Source: Camelus ferus
Taxonomy: Eukaryota
NCBI RefSeq assembly: GCF_009834535.1
Contig: NC_045696.1
Coordinates: 72,914,001 to 72,978,000 of the forward strand
Length of the DNA: 64,000 bases
Reading direction: 5' to 3'
Part shown: one piece after another, positions 12,491-26,554 of the stretch
Position numbering within the stretch: position 1 is the first letter of the stretch
How the letters are laid out: every line of letters starts with the position of its first letter
Made by a program: the position numbers and the translations under genes
Notes under the pieces: generated by a model
What the model was told of the DNA's origin: nothing
Seen by the model: the letters and a program-made list of their open reading frames with translations, nothing else
Database searches by the model: none

Positions 12491-15400
12491 TTGGTGGATA
12501 GTTTTACAGAAATGTACCTTCACAACTCTAAACAAAGGGTTCTTTCCCACCCAAGCTTCTTCACCCTTTAAGAGACAATTATCAAATAGCCATGTGCTGT
12601 GGGGCTGGTTACAGATAATATGCCATTTATTAACATATGACCCAGAGAAAGTCACATACATTCTCTAGGCCTTGGTATTTATATTTTTTAAAATATATTT
12701 TATATTATTTATAAGTACATATATCAAAGGGTGGTTGTGGAGGTTAAATGTGATAATGTTCCTAAAGTCCAAGTACATATTAAATAGTCTATAAGGGACC
12801 ATTATTATTAACTATTACTATTTTTCACTGACTTAATTAATGGCTCCAGAGATGTTATTTTTACCACATCACTGCAAAAGGTTAGTAACTCTCTCTTTCT
12901 TTTTCTCTCTCTCTCTTTCTGTCTAATTTCCTTTTAATTTTTCATTGGCCTCTTTTTTCTTTAAAATTTTATATTTAAGTTTTTATTATAGAATATTTCA
13001 AACATAAATTAGAGATTAGAAACTCTCAAATATCCATCACTCAGCTTCAAACATTAACAACTTGTAGCTAATCTTCTAAAGGTTAACAATAGATAGAAAA
13101 AAATCCTCTTCAGTTTCCTTGTTATACAGAATCACTTGAGTTTCTCCTATTAAAATCCCAGATATCTCAGGAATTATTTTCAAATGTATAAATACTGCTC
13201 AGTTACTTCCTTTAGCTTATTTCTTTTTTAAAACAAAATAAAGTAGCCCAATCTTTCTGGAATCATGTTTTATAGTATAACAAGCTGAGAAAACTTTACA
13301 GATGACGCACGATCCATCAAATTCTCAAACTCAGCAAGGAATCTAGACAAGAATACGAACTCGAGAAGGGCCGAAGATCTGTGAGAAGTTTACAAATCCT
13401 CGAGGACGTTTTTTCCTGACTCTAATCCAAGAGTTGGATTCCTAAACAAAATACAAAGAGAATGAGTTCCACCGAGCTTTGTCCTCCAGTTAGAAGAATT
13501 CCCCACAGCTCTGTCATTGAAAACTGGGCCTTTGTCTTCACATGTGGGCCTCCAAAGTGTAGGTTGTTGGTGCAGAACCACTGAAGCTATTGCTAACCAC
13601 ATCTCATGGACTCCGAAAATGATTTCTTGGTAATAGGGAATTAATTATGTGATTACTAGACTCCCTTTCTGTGCCATTAGTCATAGGAAGCTGGAAACTA
13701 TGCCTGTTTTCAAGGCAAATTGCTCATTTTGAATTATGCCTCAAAATGTAGACTCTCATCTGTAGATCTAAACCGAAAAACCCAGGCCAAATTGTCAATT
13801 AAAACTTCTGAAAGCCATCCTTCGCCAGGCCAGCAAATGGTCTGTGATGACTTGGGGAATCTTCTAAATGGGAGACAGGAATGAAAAGACTGGAGTCTTC
13901 TGCATGTTGTCTTCCTTTCCTACAAATGCTTGAGGGAAATTCAAATCACAGCCACTTTTTTCCCCATAACTCAGAAAAACACAGCATAATGGTTTTTTCC
14001 CCGACAAGTCCATGGTTCACCAAGCTGTAGGCTCCACTTCTCTCATGATGACAACTAACTTCATTTCCCAATCCAGATGCACAGCCTCATCCTTCCAAAG
14101 CAGCTATCGTCCTCCCACTAGGAAGACTACAGCAGAGTTAGGAACGGGGCCTGCTGTTTATCCACAGCAGAAGGAAGAAAACCCACTCACACGGGGTGTA
14201 AGGAAGAGAAACAGCCCCTCACCCCCCCCCAAAAAAAAGTGGGGGGTGAGAGGAATAGAATATGGCTGCAAGAGAAGTAAGGGAGGATGAGAGACTTCAA
14301 AACTTGCTAGATCAAGATCTCCTTAGGGCAAAACCACATCCCATTCATTTTTGTAACCACAGTGCTTGGCACACAGTAGGAATGCAATGAATGTTCACTA
14401 AATTCAATTTAACTGAAATGAGACAAAACAGATTGACCCAATGTAGCTTGCAGTGTCTCTAAACATAATTAATTCTGGAGGTTCTCAAAATCATCTGAGA
14501 GTTGGCTCGGTAATAATTTTCATCTAATGATGGCTCCTTAGACCAGATATGAATTTCATTAAAAGAGTCAGCATGCCAGCAGCTAGAATATGAGCAAAAC
14601 GTTAAAGAAGATCTGTATTTCTCCAGGATCAGGGGACGGAACAGGATATAAGTTAATTATGTGCTCTCAATCTTTTGCTATCCGGAATTTGTTTCCTAGA
14701 ACTGGAGCGGATATATTTCAGATCGTAATCAGGGTGATAACAAGGAGTATTCTATGAGTGTGTGTACAGCCAGGACCTGAGCTGTTAAGTGCTGGGACGC
14801 TCAGCTGCAGCCAGTCTGGGCTGTACGGACACACCCGGGACTGTGTAGCACAAAGAGCTGCATGTAATAGGCCCACAGGTAATGCCAGCCAAACTGAAAT
14901 TAATTGCTCAGGTTGGGCTTTGGTCCTCTTTAAAACAACTCTCTGAGTCCATCTCATTTCTACGGTGATGTTTGCTGTTTTCAGTTCCAAGTAACACTCA
15001 AGTTCAATCTTGTTTCAGCACCAACTTTTCATTCAGGTGTGGCCTCAGCAAGCTGATAACAATTACGCACTTTCCCTGACCTTGTCCCAACTTTCCTGTA
15101 AACAGGTAGGATATGAAAAAATAAATGCAGAAGGGTAACCTAATACCAACTTCAGTCCTGGGGTGGCTGCTAAGTTGCTCTATTGTGTCTCGAGGAATGC
15201 TTTCTGCTACCACTTTAATGTAGTCAAAAGAAAGGGTGTGACCTGGAGGTCTAAGAGACAAGACTGGAAATTTTCACATCTTCTTTTCATAAGCTGAAGA
15301 TGAGCCTTAGACCAATAAACATCTGGGCCTCCCATTGTTCCACGTCTGAGTATCAGGAAGTTTTGGTAGTAGAGACAATGTGAAATGCTAGAGACAAAAA

Positions 15401-15884
15401 TAATTACTTGAATCAGTACACGTTACACTGGCTGTGTTGATTTAAGATGCTCTGTGAGCTACTGTGCCGAGTCAGGGCTTGATTTTGTTGTGTTTGCCTT
15501 CTTCCCAAGTGAACAAATAAGTACAAGACCGGAAACTGGAGAATACACAAAGCAGGTAGTTGGGATTTGATGAGTTAAACCTTTAAGCTTTACAGAAAGC
15601 TAGACTTGTAGGGGACAAAAAAATGCTGACTGGAAGCTTAAACTCCATGCTTTCATCTCTGGGATGACAGCTAATGAAATATGTCTTTACAATATTTTGG
15701 ATGAGGTACTCTGCATGAAAAAACAGAGCCTCACGTTGTATAAATAGAATTTTCTTTATTTCCAAATGCAGTTTGGTAAAGATATATTTCTTCCATAATA
15801 AGAAAAAAAGTTGTTTATGTTATATTAATTAGTTGAAAATTGACGTTTCAGGAAAATTGTGAGGTATGGATCATTTGATTCAAA

Positions 15885-16025
15885 TTGAGGTGAGTTTGGG
15901 TTCAAGTCCTAGCTCTGCCACTTCCTAGCTGTATGAAACTGGACAAGTTCCTTACTTCGGTGAATTGCCGCTTTCAGTGAGTAATAACACCATCCTCTTC
16001 ACAGAGTTGGGATGAGGATTAGAAC
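15885..16025 (+). mobile_element. MIR SINE
   Basis: 'gggttcaagtcctagctctgccacttcctagctgtatgaaactggacaagtt...acagagttgggatgaggatta'. Confidence 0.8.
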
Positions 16026-16939
16026 TGTAAGAAGTACCCAACCCTACCAGCCAGCCAGCGTACGACAGCCCTGGCTGTGACATTAACTAAAAGACCCCTT
16101 CATCCCACTACTGTTGTAAAGGAAAAGCCAACACTATTTTGTAAGAGAGCCTTTTTAAAAGACAAGCTAATTCTATATAACCATATATTTTTTTAAATGC
16201 TCGTTGAAAAGCACAGTACTGCTATGAAAGAGTATTTTTTTAAGACAGTACAATCAGGCAAAAAGAGTCAGGAAGCCCTGACAAGGGGACCGATCTTAGG
16301 CAAGTTTTCCTGTACCTCATATCAGTCAAACTGAAATGATAAGGCCATCTTGACCTGCCCCATGCAGTGTTGTGTGGCTCAATGAGAAAAACACGTGACA
16401 GAGCTTTGAAAGTTAAAAGATCCACATGCATAAAAGATAGATGCTCTATAATTCCATAGTTTGAAAGTATACATATATTAATATCTACTCAGCATTCAGT
16501 CATGCTTTTGAAACATAACCTACCTAGCAGACAGCCCCAGAACAAAACAAAACACAAAGAGATTTTGAGTGGATGAGAAAAGTAGAAAAGAAGGATGAGA
16601 AAAAGTATCCTATTTCTACATACACTTTTCTAAAAGATTCAAATAATGCGGTATATATTGGTTCTCTGTATGTTCCAGAAAATTTGCAAAAATATCTCCA
16701 AATCTGTAGAATCGAACAGACAAACAAGCATTACATGCAACAACAATCCACTGGCTTTTCTAGACTCTTATCTGATAGAACTCTTTGTGTATTCATCACA
16801 CACAGTCTCCTTGCATGATTCACTTATTTCTTATGAATGAATGAATCAGAAATGGAAGGTCCTGGCAGACAAGGATCATGGGACATGCCTTCACATATGG
16901 CCAGTGAATAATTGATTTAAAATAATCACTTTAAACGAC

Positions 16940-17385
16940 ACACATTCATTGCTGGTGTCAGGTTCATTGTTATAAGCCTTTGGAAAGCAATATGGCAAAA
17001 TCTATTAAGAGCCATAAAAATGCCCATATATTTTCACCCAGTCATCACACCCCTGGGAATTTATTCTAAGGAAATAATTCACGCACAAAGATGTTTGTGG
17101 CAGTTTCATATGTAAAAGTGTAATCACTTCAATGTTTAACTATGGTTATAACAAACAATAATTATAAAGATAATGCAGCTACCCAGAACCATGTTAATAC
17201 TAAAATGTTAAACTACAAATGTGAAATATAAAATGGTATCTGAATATGATTTCAAATCTGTAAAATGTTGGTATGTGTTTAATGACCAGAAATAATATGC
17301 AAAAATTAAAAATGTGTTAATAAGATATGATACATAATTTGAAATTTTTTTAACTATTCTATTTTTCACAATTAAAGGAAATAAA
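16940..17385 (+). mobile_element. Old L1ME 3' fragment
   Basis: 'cattcattgctggtg...tttggaaagcaatatggcaaaatctattaa...ctgggaatttattctaaggaaataat'. Confidence 0.65.
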
Positions 17386-20300
17386 TATCCACTGAAATAT
17401 TTTTCATTTGACTATAGCTGTAAGGCTATGAAAACACTGGCATTATTTTACTTAATTTTTCACAGCAACCCTGGAGAAATGGCAAGGGTGTATCCATAGC
17501 TATTTGGACACAAAGGCTCAGAGAGATTCATGTTCTGTCTGGAGTCCCTTTTAAAAAGTGGCTGAGCCAGGGCTTGAACCAAGTCTGCCTCCTAACCCTT
17601 ACTCCAGGGGCCTGTCTCTAAAGTGCCTGCTTAAGGCTCGCCTCAAGGAGACGGATTCCTCCAGCCAAGACTGGTCAAGACATTTGGGTGAGGCACTTTA
17701 ACCCAACCCAGGCTTTGAGGTGCCCTGGTATCCTTTGAAAGATCATTTGCCTAAAGAGATTCCCACCCTCTGACATCTGGGTCTCACTTCTTCAACAAAG
17801 GCTGAGTCTCAGATTTTTTCAAGTAGCTTAAATTCTGTGGCTCAGGAGCAATCTCGTAGGAAATCATAGCCTTCTTTGATTTAGTGTTGGATAGAATCTT
17901 GTATCATACAAAATCAGAAAAAAATATCGAGTTAAACTCTGAAAACCAACCAGCTTACTTATCTATTCATAAACTTCATGACTGAGAGGAAAGCAATAAT
18001 GAGTCACTCCCAAAAAGGTAAAATTGGACACATAAATTCCAGAATGAACTTGACCCTCCAGATGTCAGGGATCCCGGTGAAACCGGACCAGATCAGGCAC
18101 CTCTCCCGTAAACACAGCTGCACGTGACCAGGGCTGCACGTGGGAATGGGCTACCCCCGACATTTGGGCTGGAATGTTTGCATCCTCAGAGCATTTATCA
18201 ACTACATATATTTGATGAAAACATTTCCTTTCTACAATGAAATGTTTCACCTTGGCTTATGAAACCTCAAACCCCCATGTGTATGCCAGTATCCAGCCAA
18301 CGTACTCTGTTATCATGATGTGGACTTGGGACTGGGAATGAGTATGGATGCCAAGTTCCGATATATCCAGGCCAAAAGGCTGTGGCTTTCTAAGGGAATG
18401 TCTGGGTACTACTTATCATTTGATGTCTCCATAATTATGCCACAAGTTGTGTTATTTTGATTAGTTTGGTGCCAAGTATCAGGCACAAAAGTGAGAAGCT
18501 CTAAGAGCATCATATAATCAATTTCTTTTCTTAAATTATGTTGTTATATTTATTATAACTACCAAAGTAATACACATTCTCTGAAACTTAAAATTCAAAT
18601 AAACAGAAAGAAGAAAATTTAATTTCCCGAATCCCACCACCCATAGATAACTAATGCTAGCATTTTAACATTTTGGGATTTATTTTCTAATATTTCTAGT
18701 GGATCTACTTTTTTCTCTTCTTTACCTTTCCCTTTTTCCCCAAAATGAGATAATATTGTACCACAGTTTCATGATCTGTTTTTCTCACGTAGAAACACAT
18801 CACAAAACTTTTCCATTATCTTCTACTGCATCATTGTTAATAGCTATATACTATTCCATCATATGAACATTTTATAATCTCATATATTGGGCACTGGGAT
18901 GTTACTAATTTTTTACTAACATAATCTAGTTTCTTAAAATAATTTTTAAAATATTAATGAGAGTGTTGGAAATTTTTGCTTTAGTAGACCCAGACCTAAA
19001 CCTGTTACCCAAATAAGCTAAACACAACCAAGAAAGCCTAGATCTAAATTTCAAAACCCCTTTGAACTCTGGCGATTCCATTCTTTTGCTCCAGAAGACC
19101 TGCACCTGTGCAGCCGCCTCCCCATCTTCGGCCAGAATTCCCGAGGGGAACGATGCCACGCAAGGGAGCAGGCAGCTTTGTTTCTCCAGAATCCTGCGGG
19201 AGCATTCATCTTGGGGTTTAAGCAATGTCATGTTTGCAAAGCCTGAGTCAGAACCTCCACCACCCACCAAATGAAAAGCACTTTTTCTGTAGCTTTGTTT
19301 CAAGTTTTGCCACAAAAATAAAAGGAATGTGGGTGAGGGTAAGAGAGACTACCAAACTACAGGCATCTTTTCATTTCCAGTTGGGTGGCTGGTGCTTCAT
19401 CTCCTTCAGCTTCTGGGGTTTTCAGCACCAACTCCCATCTGTCGTTGGAGCTGCTTTGACTCTCACGCAATTCTAGACATCCAACCTTATACTCTAGGTG
19501 GTTCTGTCCAAAAGGAAATAAATATCTCTTGAACAAAAGCATCAAACCAGGAAGCAACTGTAAAAGTAAGTCAGAGCTGTTCAGGGTAGAAAGTCGTTCT
19601 CAGAATGCTGGCTTCTCCCAGTGTTGATTTTTCTGTGCAAACCATGTAAAGTGCAAAAGCTGGCAACAAGGATTCATTATGAGGATTTGGTGGGGTGGGG
19701 GGGGAGTGTATGTGTAAATATACACACATTTCTTTACAAATATTTTGGAAACATGAGGTCCAGAGGAGCAGTTAGTGTTTTATGGGGGAGAAAGAGAATG
19801 GGAGAACTGAGGGGCAGAGAGGGAGGGAGGGCAGGGTACCCAAGGACAATTATTAAGTTGGCCAAGAAAAAGAAGTAGAGAATTTTCTGCTAAACCTGGA
19901 TTATTTCACTGCTTCTGAGTATTTGCAATAAATATGTTTTTTTTTCTCCAAGCAAATGAGTTACCAGAAAAATATCCTGCCTCCCAGTCCCTTCCTCTGC
20001 CTGACAGTACCTGTCAGAAAGATAAGATCTTTCAGTGAATTACAGAAGGTGAAAGGCCAGTCCCTCACAGGCATCTGGCTGTGATGTACATCAGTATAAT
20101 TATATCTTCTATTGCTGTGGGAAATTGACTATGCCTACAGGGACATGCTACTCCTGTATAGGAAGTTTCTTTTTTAATTACCGCAGAATACAAATCTGCA
20201 ACTTTAGTTTTGGACCGATCTTACACTGTGCTTTGGTGGGGGGAGTGTGGTCCATACAGATGAAGATATTTTTTCTTCATGAATAAAAAAATCTCAAGAT

Positions 20301-21574
20301 AGCAGTAGGTTAGTACTAAAGAGAAAAGGAAACCAAAGGATTAATATTAAGTCCTATTATTCTGTAATTGTGAATGTGCATGCACTTGCACACTCTGGGA
20401 GGGAGTTGTGTCTTAAATCCCACAAATCTTTTTATGTATTTTATTTCCTTATGCAAGATTGCTTACCAAATAGATCGTACCCTTGCAGATGTTCCTTAAG
20501 TCACATTTAAATTTGAGCTTTCAATGAGTATTATCATCCATTTGAGTTTGCTTCTTTGTGTCATGTTCAACTTTTCTATCTTATATCCTCTAGAATGTTA
20601 TTAATATGCATGCATCACACACATATATGTATATAAACAAATATGCCCATGTGTCACACACAAATGCATGTACACATATAAAATGTTTTTACTTAGGCAA
20701 AGTCATGTCTATGATCTTCACTTTTCATTGAAAGAGTGAACCAACTTTAATTATTAACTGGTTCTTCTCAATTTCAACATTAGTATCATATGATGTATTA
20801 ATTGAAAAACAGGCTATACTGCTTACTGCCTGGGATAAATTGAGTACTAAAGAGAAAAAAGAAAAAACCCTATAAATGCAGTCAGTATGAACTCAGCTGC
20901 CCATTTCTCTCATAAATTGTCTAATTTTATCATATGGGAATGATCCTTAGAATCTAAGTTCGTAGCCTAGCTAACTGAGTTAAAGAACTGATCTGATATG
21001 ACCTGTAACCACTTAAGCTAATTTAAATTATCAATTTAGACTCCGATTTTTTTTAATCCAGATTATCTCATGGACTTTTCAAAAAATTCAGTAAACCTGA
21101 GCTTAGAACTTGGAAACTTTCTCAAAGTAAATTCCAAATCTATCTCAGTTACAAATATGTCATTCTGACACTGAACTCACCCCAGTGTCTTGCCATCAAA
21201 CATCATTTGATCTATGTGTTGTTTGGACTAGGGGTCAAAAACTGCCTCAGGTTAATGCAAAAAGCTAGCAATCTGGAATATATGGGCTAAATGTGTTTTA
21301 TTTTATCTGTGTTTAGAACTAGAAGTCATCTTGTTCCACCTTCTCATTTACAGGTGAGAAAACTGAAGCCTGAAGATGTTACATAATGTTCCCAATTTCA
21401 AAGGGTAACATAATGTTAAAACTGGAACCATAAATCAAGCCTCCTCAATCTCAAGCCAATTTTCACATTATCTTCTATGATGGAATATTTCATACATCAA
21501 GCTTCTCTGGAGTATCACTCTTAGGCAGCAGGTTTCTCACAGAAATTTCAGTGTCTCTTTATGGGAGAAATATT

Positions 21575-21990
21575 CTGGCAGACAGTATTTTCCAAAGATG
21601 GCTGCAACACCATCTGGCATCCCACACTCTTTCTTGTCACAGTGTATTAATGTTCCTCCTATCAAGAGGTGGGATTTATGTTCCATTACCTTAAATTTGG
21701 GCTTTTGTCTATTGCAGAAGTGATGCTTTGTGACTTGTGACACTAATCTTAAAAGGTGATATAGCTTCCCCCTGGTTCTTTTGGAATATTCAACCCTCGG
21801 AGCAGAGTACCACGCTGTAAGGACAGCCAAGCAGCCAGTCAGAGAAGGCCCGTGGAAACATTCTGGCCAATAGACCCAGCCAGGTTCCCAGGCTCCAGCC
21901 AGCATCGACCACCAAGCTATGTAAGTGAATGAGCCTTCAACTGTTGATTTCTGCCTCCTGTCATCAAGTCACCCCCAGCTCTGAACCCAC
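21575..21990 (+). mobile_element. MaLR LTR fragment (MLT1F-H-like)
   Basis: 'tggcagacagtattttccaaagatggctgcaaca...cctatcaagaggtggg...cagaagtgatgctttgtgactt...ccagcatcgaccaccaagctatgtaagtga'. Confidence 0.7.
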
Positions 21991-22751
21991 TGTCTTTTGG
22001 CTGCATCCATAGCCTTTGCTACTCACAGGGTGTCAGGAAAGGAATGGGGGACAGACCAGAGTCCAAGGTAAGAACAGTCCAACCTTTTTTCTACTTCTTC
22101 TTCACCCTGTCCTATGCTACCAAGGGAAGGCTCAACAGAAGCTCCTTGGATTCCCTCTTTTCCTGTCTCCAACCATTTGCCTTTTCTTCCACCCCCTACC
22201 TCTTCTCTCCTTAAAGACCCAGTTAAAATGATCTCTTCCAAAAAGCCTCCCTTGAGCTCTTCCCCTGGGGTAGCATCCATATGCCCTGGTTCAGATTCTA
22301 TCAGCTACCACATCTGACACATTTGAAAGTCAGTGGGATTTCCACTCTGTATTACGTGTGTCTTAGTTCCACAAATGCTTGGGTCAGAGTAGCTTTATCT
22401 AGCTTTCATCACTTGCACATATTGAGGCAGTGGTCAACTTAAACCTTGATATCTTTTTCCCATGAATTGTTCCCCAGCAAGGCGTCTCCTAGCATGGATT
22501 TCTGCCTCAGACTTATATCTAAGTTCAAAAAATTCCATACTAGCATCTTGACAGCAAGGATGTATCTCTTGATCTTTTTAATGTATACTGAAAGGACATG
22601 GCGGGTACCTTTATCTTGTCAGATTTCTTCCCCATCTAATATTCCAATCAATAAAATTATTTTGAATTAATCATGGTTATATTAGCTATTTATATTTTAT
22701 AGTCTGTAAATTTCCCAAATACACCTGCTATGATTTCACACAAATTAATTC

Positions 22752-23142
22752 TTTTTTTGTTGAAGTATAGTCAGTGTACAGTGTTCTGTCAATTTCTGGT
22801 GTACAGGATAATGTCCCAGTCATACATATAGATATATATATTTGTTTTCATATTCTTTTTTATTAAAGGTTATTACAAGATATTGAATATAGTTCCTTGT
22901 GCTATACAGAAGAAATTTGTTTTTTTATCTAGTTTTATATTTAGTAGTCAATATTTGCAAATCTCAACCTCCCTTTCCTCTTGGTAACCATAAGATTGTT
23001 TACTATGTCTGCAAGTCTGTTTCTGTTTTGTAGATGAGTTCATTAGTGTCTTCTTTTTTCTTTTTTAGATTCCATATGTAAGTGATCATATGGTATTTGA
23101 CCTAGAGATTGTCATTCCAAGTGAAGTAATCCAGAAAGAAAA
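22752..23142 (-). mobile_element. Young lineage-specific L1 3' end with 5' inversion
   Basis: Minus-strand tail 'ttgaagtatagtcagtgtacagtgttctgtcaatttctggtgtacag' runs to about 23098, followed by plus-strand 'gacctagagattgtcattccaagtgaagtaatccagaaag'. TSD acaaattaattcttttt / acaaattatttcttttt. Confidence 0.85.
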
Positions 23143-23599
23143 ACAAATTATTTCTTTTTTTAAATGTTGAATAGAATGAGGTCAGAGATAGAACCTTGGT
23201 ACAATATCCTTTGATTTTAGTAACTTTTAAATACACCTAACAACACCACCATGAGGCTCAATTTCACTGCATACCAGTCAAAGTCATATTATGGTAGGCA
23301 TGTTCATAAATCTGAAATTCCTCTTGAATGTCTTTATTTGTTCACTTATTTATTCATAAATATTTATTAAATACTTATACTTGCCAGGCACTGTACTAAT
23401 CACTAGAGACAGAGAAATAAATAGAATTAAATATATGCTAGCAAGAAATTCATCATCTTTGGTACAGAGAAGCCATGTAAACAAATAACTGCAATACACA
23501 AAACTCAAATCTTTTAAATTAAAAGTTATGAATTTTATTATATCACAAATTTTAATGGTTCTATATAAAAAGACAATACAGAAAAAATAAAAAGATAAT

Positions 23600-24420
23600 T
23601 AAGAAGAAAATCTTTGTAACACAAGATTAACTCCTGCAATATATACGAACTACAAATCAACAGGAAGAGGGCGAACAATCCAATTAAAAATTAAAAACAA
23701 GCAGAGGATATGAACAGGCAATTCATGAAAGAGGAAATGTAAAATGACCAGTAAACACATAAAAGCAGCTTGGTCTTATCTGTATTCAAGGAAATGCAAA
23801 TTAGGATGAAACAACTTTTTCTTTCCCCACCATATTGGCAAAAGGTAGCACATCTGGTAACATTCAGTCCTGAGGCTGTGGGAAAGCAAATAGTCTTACA
23901 CGTTACTAGTGGGAATATAAAGTGGTTCATCCACTTTCACAGGCAGTTCAGCAGCATCTATTACATATTTGCGTGTGCCCACCATAGATTCCACTTATCA
24001 GTTACATTTCCAGAGAAACACTGAACAAAAGAACACGGCCAAGGAGTGCAGCTTTGTCTATGTTAGCGAAGAATTGGAAAAAACCTACATGTCATCAACA
24101 TAGGAATCGTTAAATAAGTCATGATACAGCCATAGCCTGCTGTGAGGAGGTGAAGAAAGGATGAAATACATGTGTTATCAATAATACAAGATTCTCCAAG
24201 ACATTACACAGTTTTTTAAAAAAAAAAAAAAAAGGCAAGTTAGGGGGCAGGGTATTCATATACACACCAAACCAGAAATGCTGGGTACATCTGGCTTGAA
24301 AGTAGTAGTTCAGGAGCCTTTATCTTTATCTGTATTATTTGGATATTTTAAAGAGAATCCCTCCATATATCACTGGTATTATTTTAAATGAATTTTTGCA
24401 ATTTATAAAGGTTTAAAAAA
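23600..24420 (+). mobile_element. Old L1M ORF2-end/3' UTR fragment
   Basis: 'gaggatatgaacaggcaattca...ggaaatgcaaattag...ctagtgggaatataaagtggttcatccacttt'. Confidence 0.75.
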
Positions 24421-26554
24421 GAACTTCAATACACAATAAGTGCCAAAGTAGAGAACTGAACAAGGTACTATGTGGCCCAATGGAAGTTGAAAACAATCCA
24501 TCCTGTGAAGTTTCCCATCCACTGAACAAACCTTTATTTCTTTTTAAAAAGTAAATTATATATCTCAAGTGCTCAAAACCTAGACACCAGACACTAAGAC
24601 TATGAAAAATTACTTTGGTGGTCTGTGACAGCTTTAGAGTGTGCGTTAAATTGCGGAAGTTAGAAACAAAATTATGAAGTAGTCAGGTTGATTAGTTTAT
24701 TCCCGTCAGCAGCTCTCTGTGGTCCCAGCATCATGAGCCTCATGTAACAGGTGAGGAAACAGAGGAAGGAAAAAAGAATGTCCTGCCCAGAATCACTAAA
24801 TAGTCAGTATTTCGAATTTCAAATCCAAAGGGCCCACTGAAATTGATGCTGTGTTCAAATCAAGAGTCAGATAACTGTAGGTGATGGTTTAAGAGGCACC
24901 TCTTGTTCTCAAGAAACCAGCAAATATGGCTGGCCTCACCCCTTAGATGTCTTCACAGGACCATGGGGCTCATGCCCATTGGACAACCAGGACATTCTGG
25001 TTCTTCCTCTACAGCAAAGCTACAGCGAGAGGCAGGTCTCCAGGAACATTCTCAGCCTGATTCACCAAGCTCGCTCTTCTGCTGCACCTCAGACATGAAC
25101 TCAGCCACCACACAGGGTGAATCCTCTGCCTTAGAGGAGTCCCTTAATGTGGCAATTTGTTTCAAGCAAAAGAAGATCCAATGATTTGCATAAATGCCCT
25201 CACATTTTTTCCTGTGATAAAGTAAAAATTCCATTTTATTCCTCACTTAAAAGTAAAAAGTACCTAGAAATGCTGTGCCTACCACATGTGCATCTGTGAA
25301 TAAAGCTGAAGCTCCTGTCAGCCCTCATTATCCCCACAGGTGAGTTGGAAGCACACTCTGGCAAGATGTGCTGCCGAATAACTTGGCTTTTTTTTCTCCC
25401 TGATTTAACTGAGACCTGTAATGCTATTTGATGCAGTTTTCTGTATTTAATTAATTTAACATTCCAGATTTTTAATTTGCATTTAATTTAACATTTCAGG
25501 TTTTTAATTTACCAGATATTGTTTATCAAATATTCATTTCAGAGACTTCCACCGTATATACAGTGCATACCCCTCTTTAATTAGTGCGTGGTAAATTAAT
25601 TCTTCTATCCTTGCTCCTTCATCAGATATTGGATTAAGGAAGTTGCACTGTTTCAATGCAGCACATACACTCGTTTATTAAACCAAGATGGTAAATTTCC
25701 CCATGTTTGTGCATTGCTCGTCTGCTTCCATGCTTAACCTGATAAAAGCTGCTGTGGTTAAAATCAGAAATCTGTTATGATTTGAAACCTGCTGCTTGGT
25801 GTGACAACAGGAGTGTTAAACTGTGTATTCTATCCAATGATTGGATCCAGTTTTGTTCTTTTCTTGCTCCTGGAACTGTAACTCGGCCCCTCCCTCCCTA
25901 GCCTCCTTTCTCTGTCTCCCTTCGTCCACAGTTATTACCCTCTCCCTCCTGGGGATACTTGTTAAAATGAGGTTACACTTGTCAAAGCTCTCTGTTAACT
26001 TCCCTCTAAGACTCACTGCTATTCCAAGTTACAAATCTACCTTCTCATCCTTAAGTTTTACGCCTACTTTCCTCTTATCTCCTTCCTACCTCCCTGCAAA
26101 TGATAACCAGTTCCCAAAGTGATACTACATTTAACTTCGGTTGGTAGGGACCATTATGGAGGGAGGAGTCTTCTCTCTCTTATTACATTGTAAGCTATTT
26201 GAGAACACATTGTTCTCAGCTCTACATCTCAAACAGGGCCACGCATAATGCCTTACGCAAATAGGCAAACAGTAAATATTTGTGGGATGTCCAGATGAGT
26301 GTCTGGATACATGCTGGATAAATGGATGCTGGCAAGATAGCTACTGTGTGCCTGGCACCAATCTAGTTCTTTAAACTACGTTTTCTCATATAAATATTTC
26401 TCTAAATGCAGAAGTATCCCATTTAACTGATGAAGACACTGAGGCCCAGAGATTTAAGCAAGGATTAGCTCCTGATCTCATGGCTAACGAGGAGGACCTG
26501 AGCCCTAATTTGAACCCCAAACTGTCTGATTTTCCTGTACTTATTGCACGTGAG

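Noticed and set aside
13295..13470. Minus-strand acceptor-like site (ttctctttgtattttgtttag|GAATCC)
   Set aside because: All three frames hit stops within about 35 codons and no good donor follows.
15004..15261. Minus-strand ORF with protein-like composition (PPGHTLSFDYIKVVAESIPRDTIEQL)
   Set aside because: No recognisable homology and weak splice context. Length is within chance expectation.
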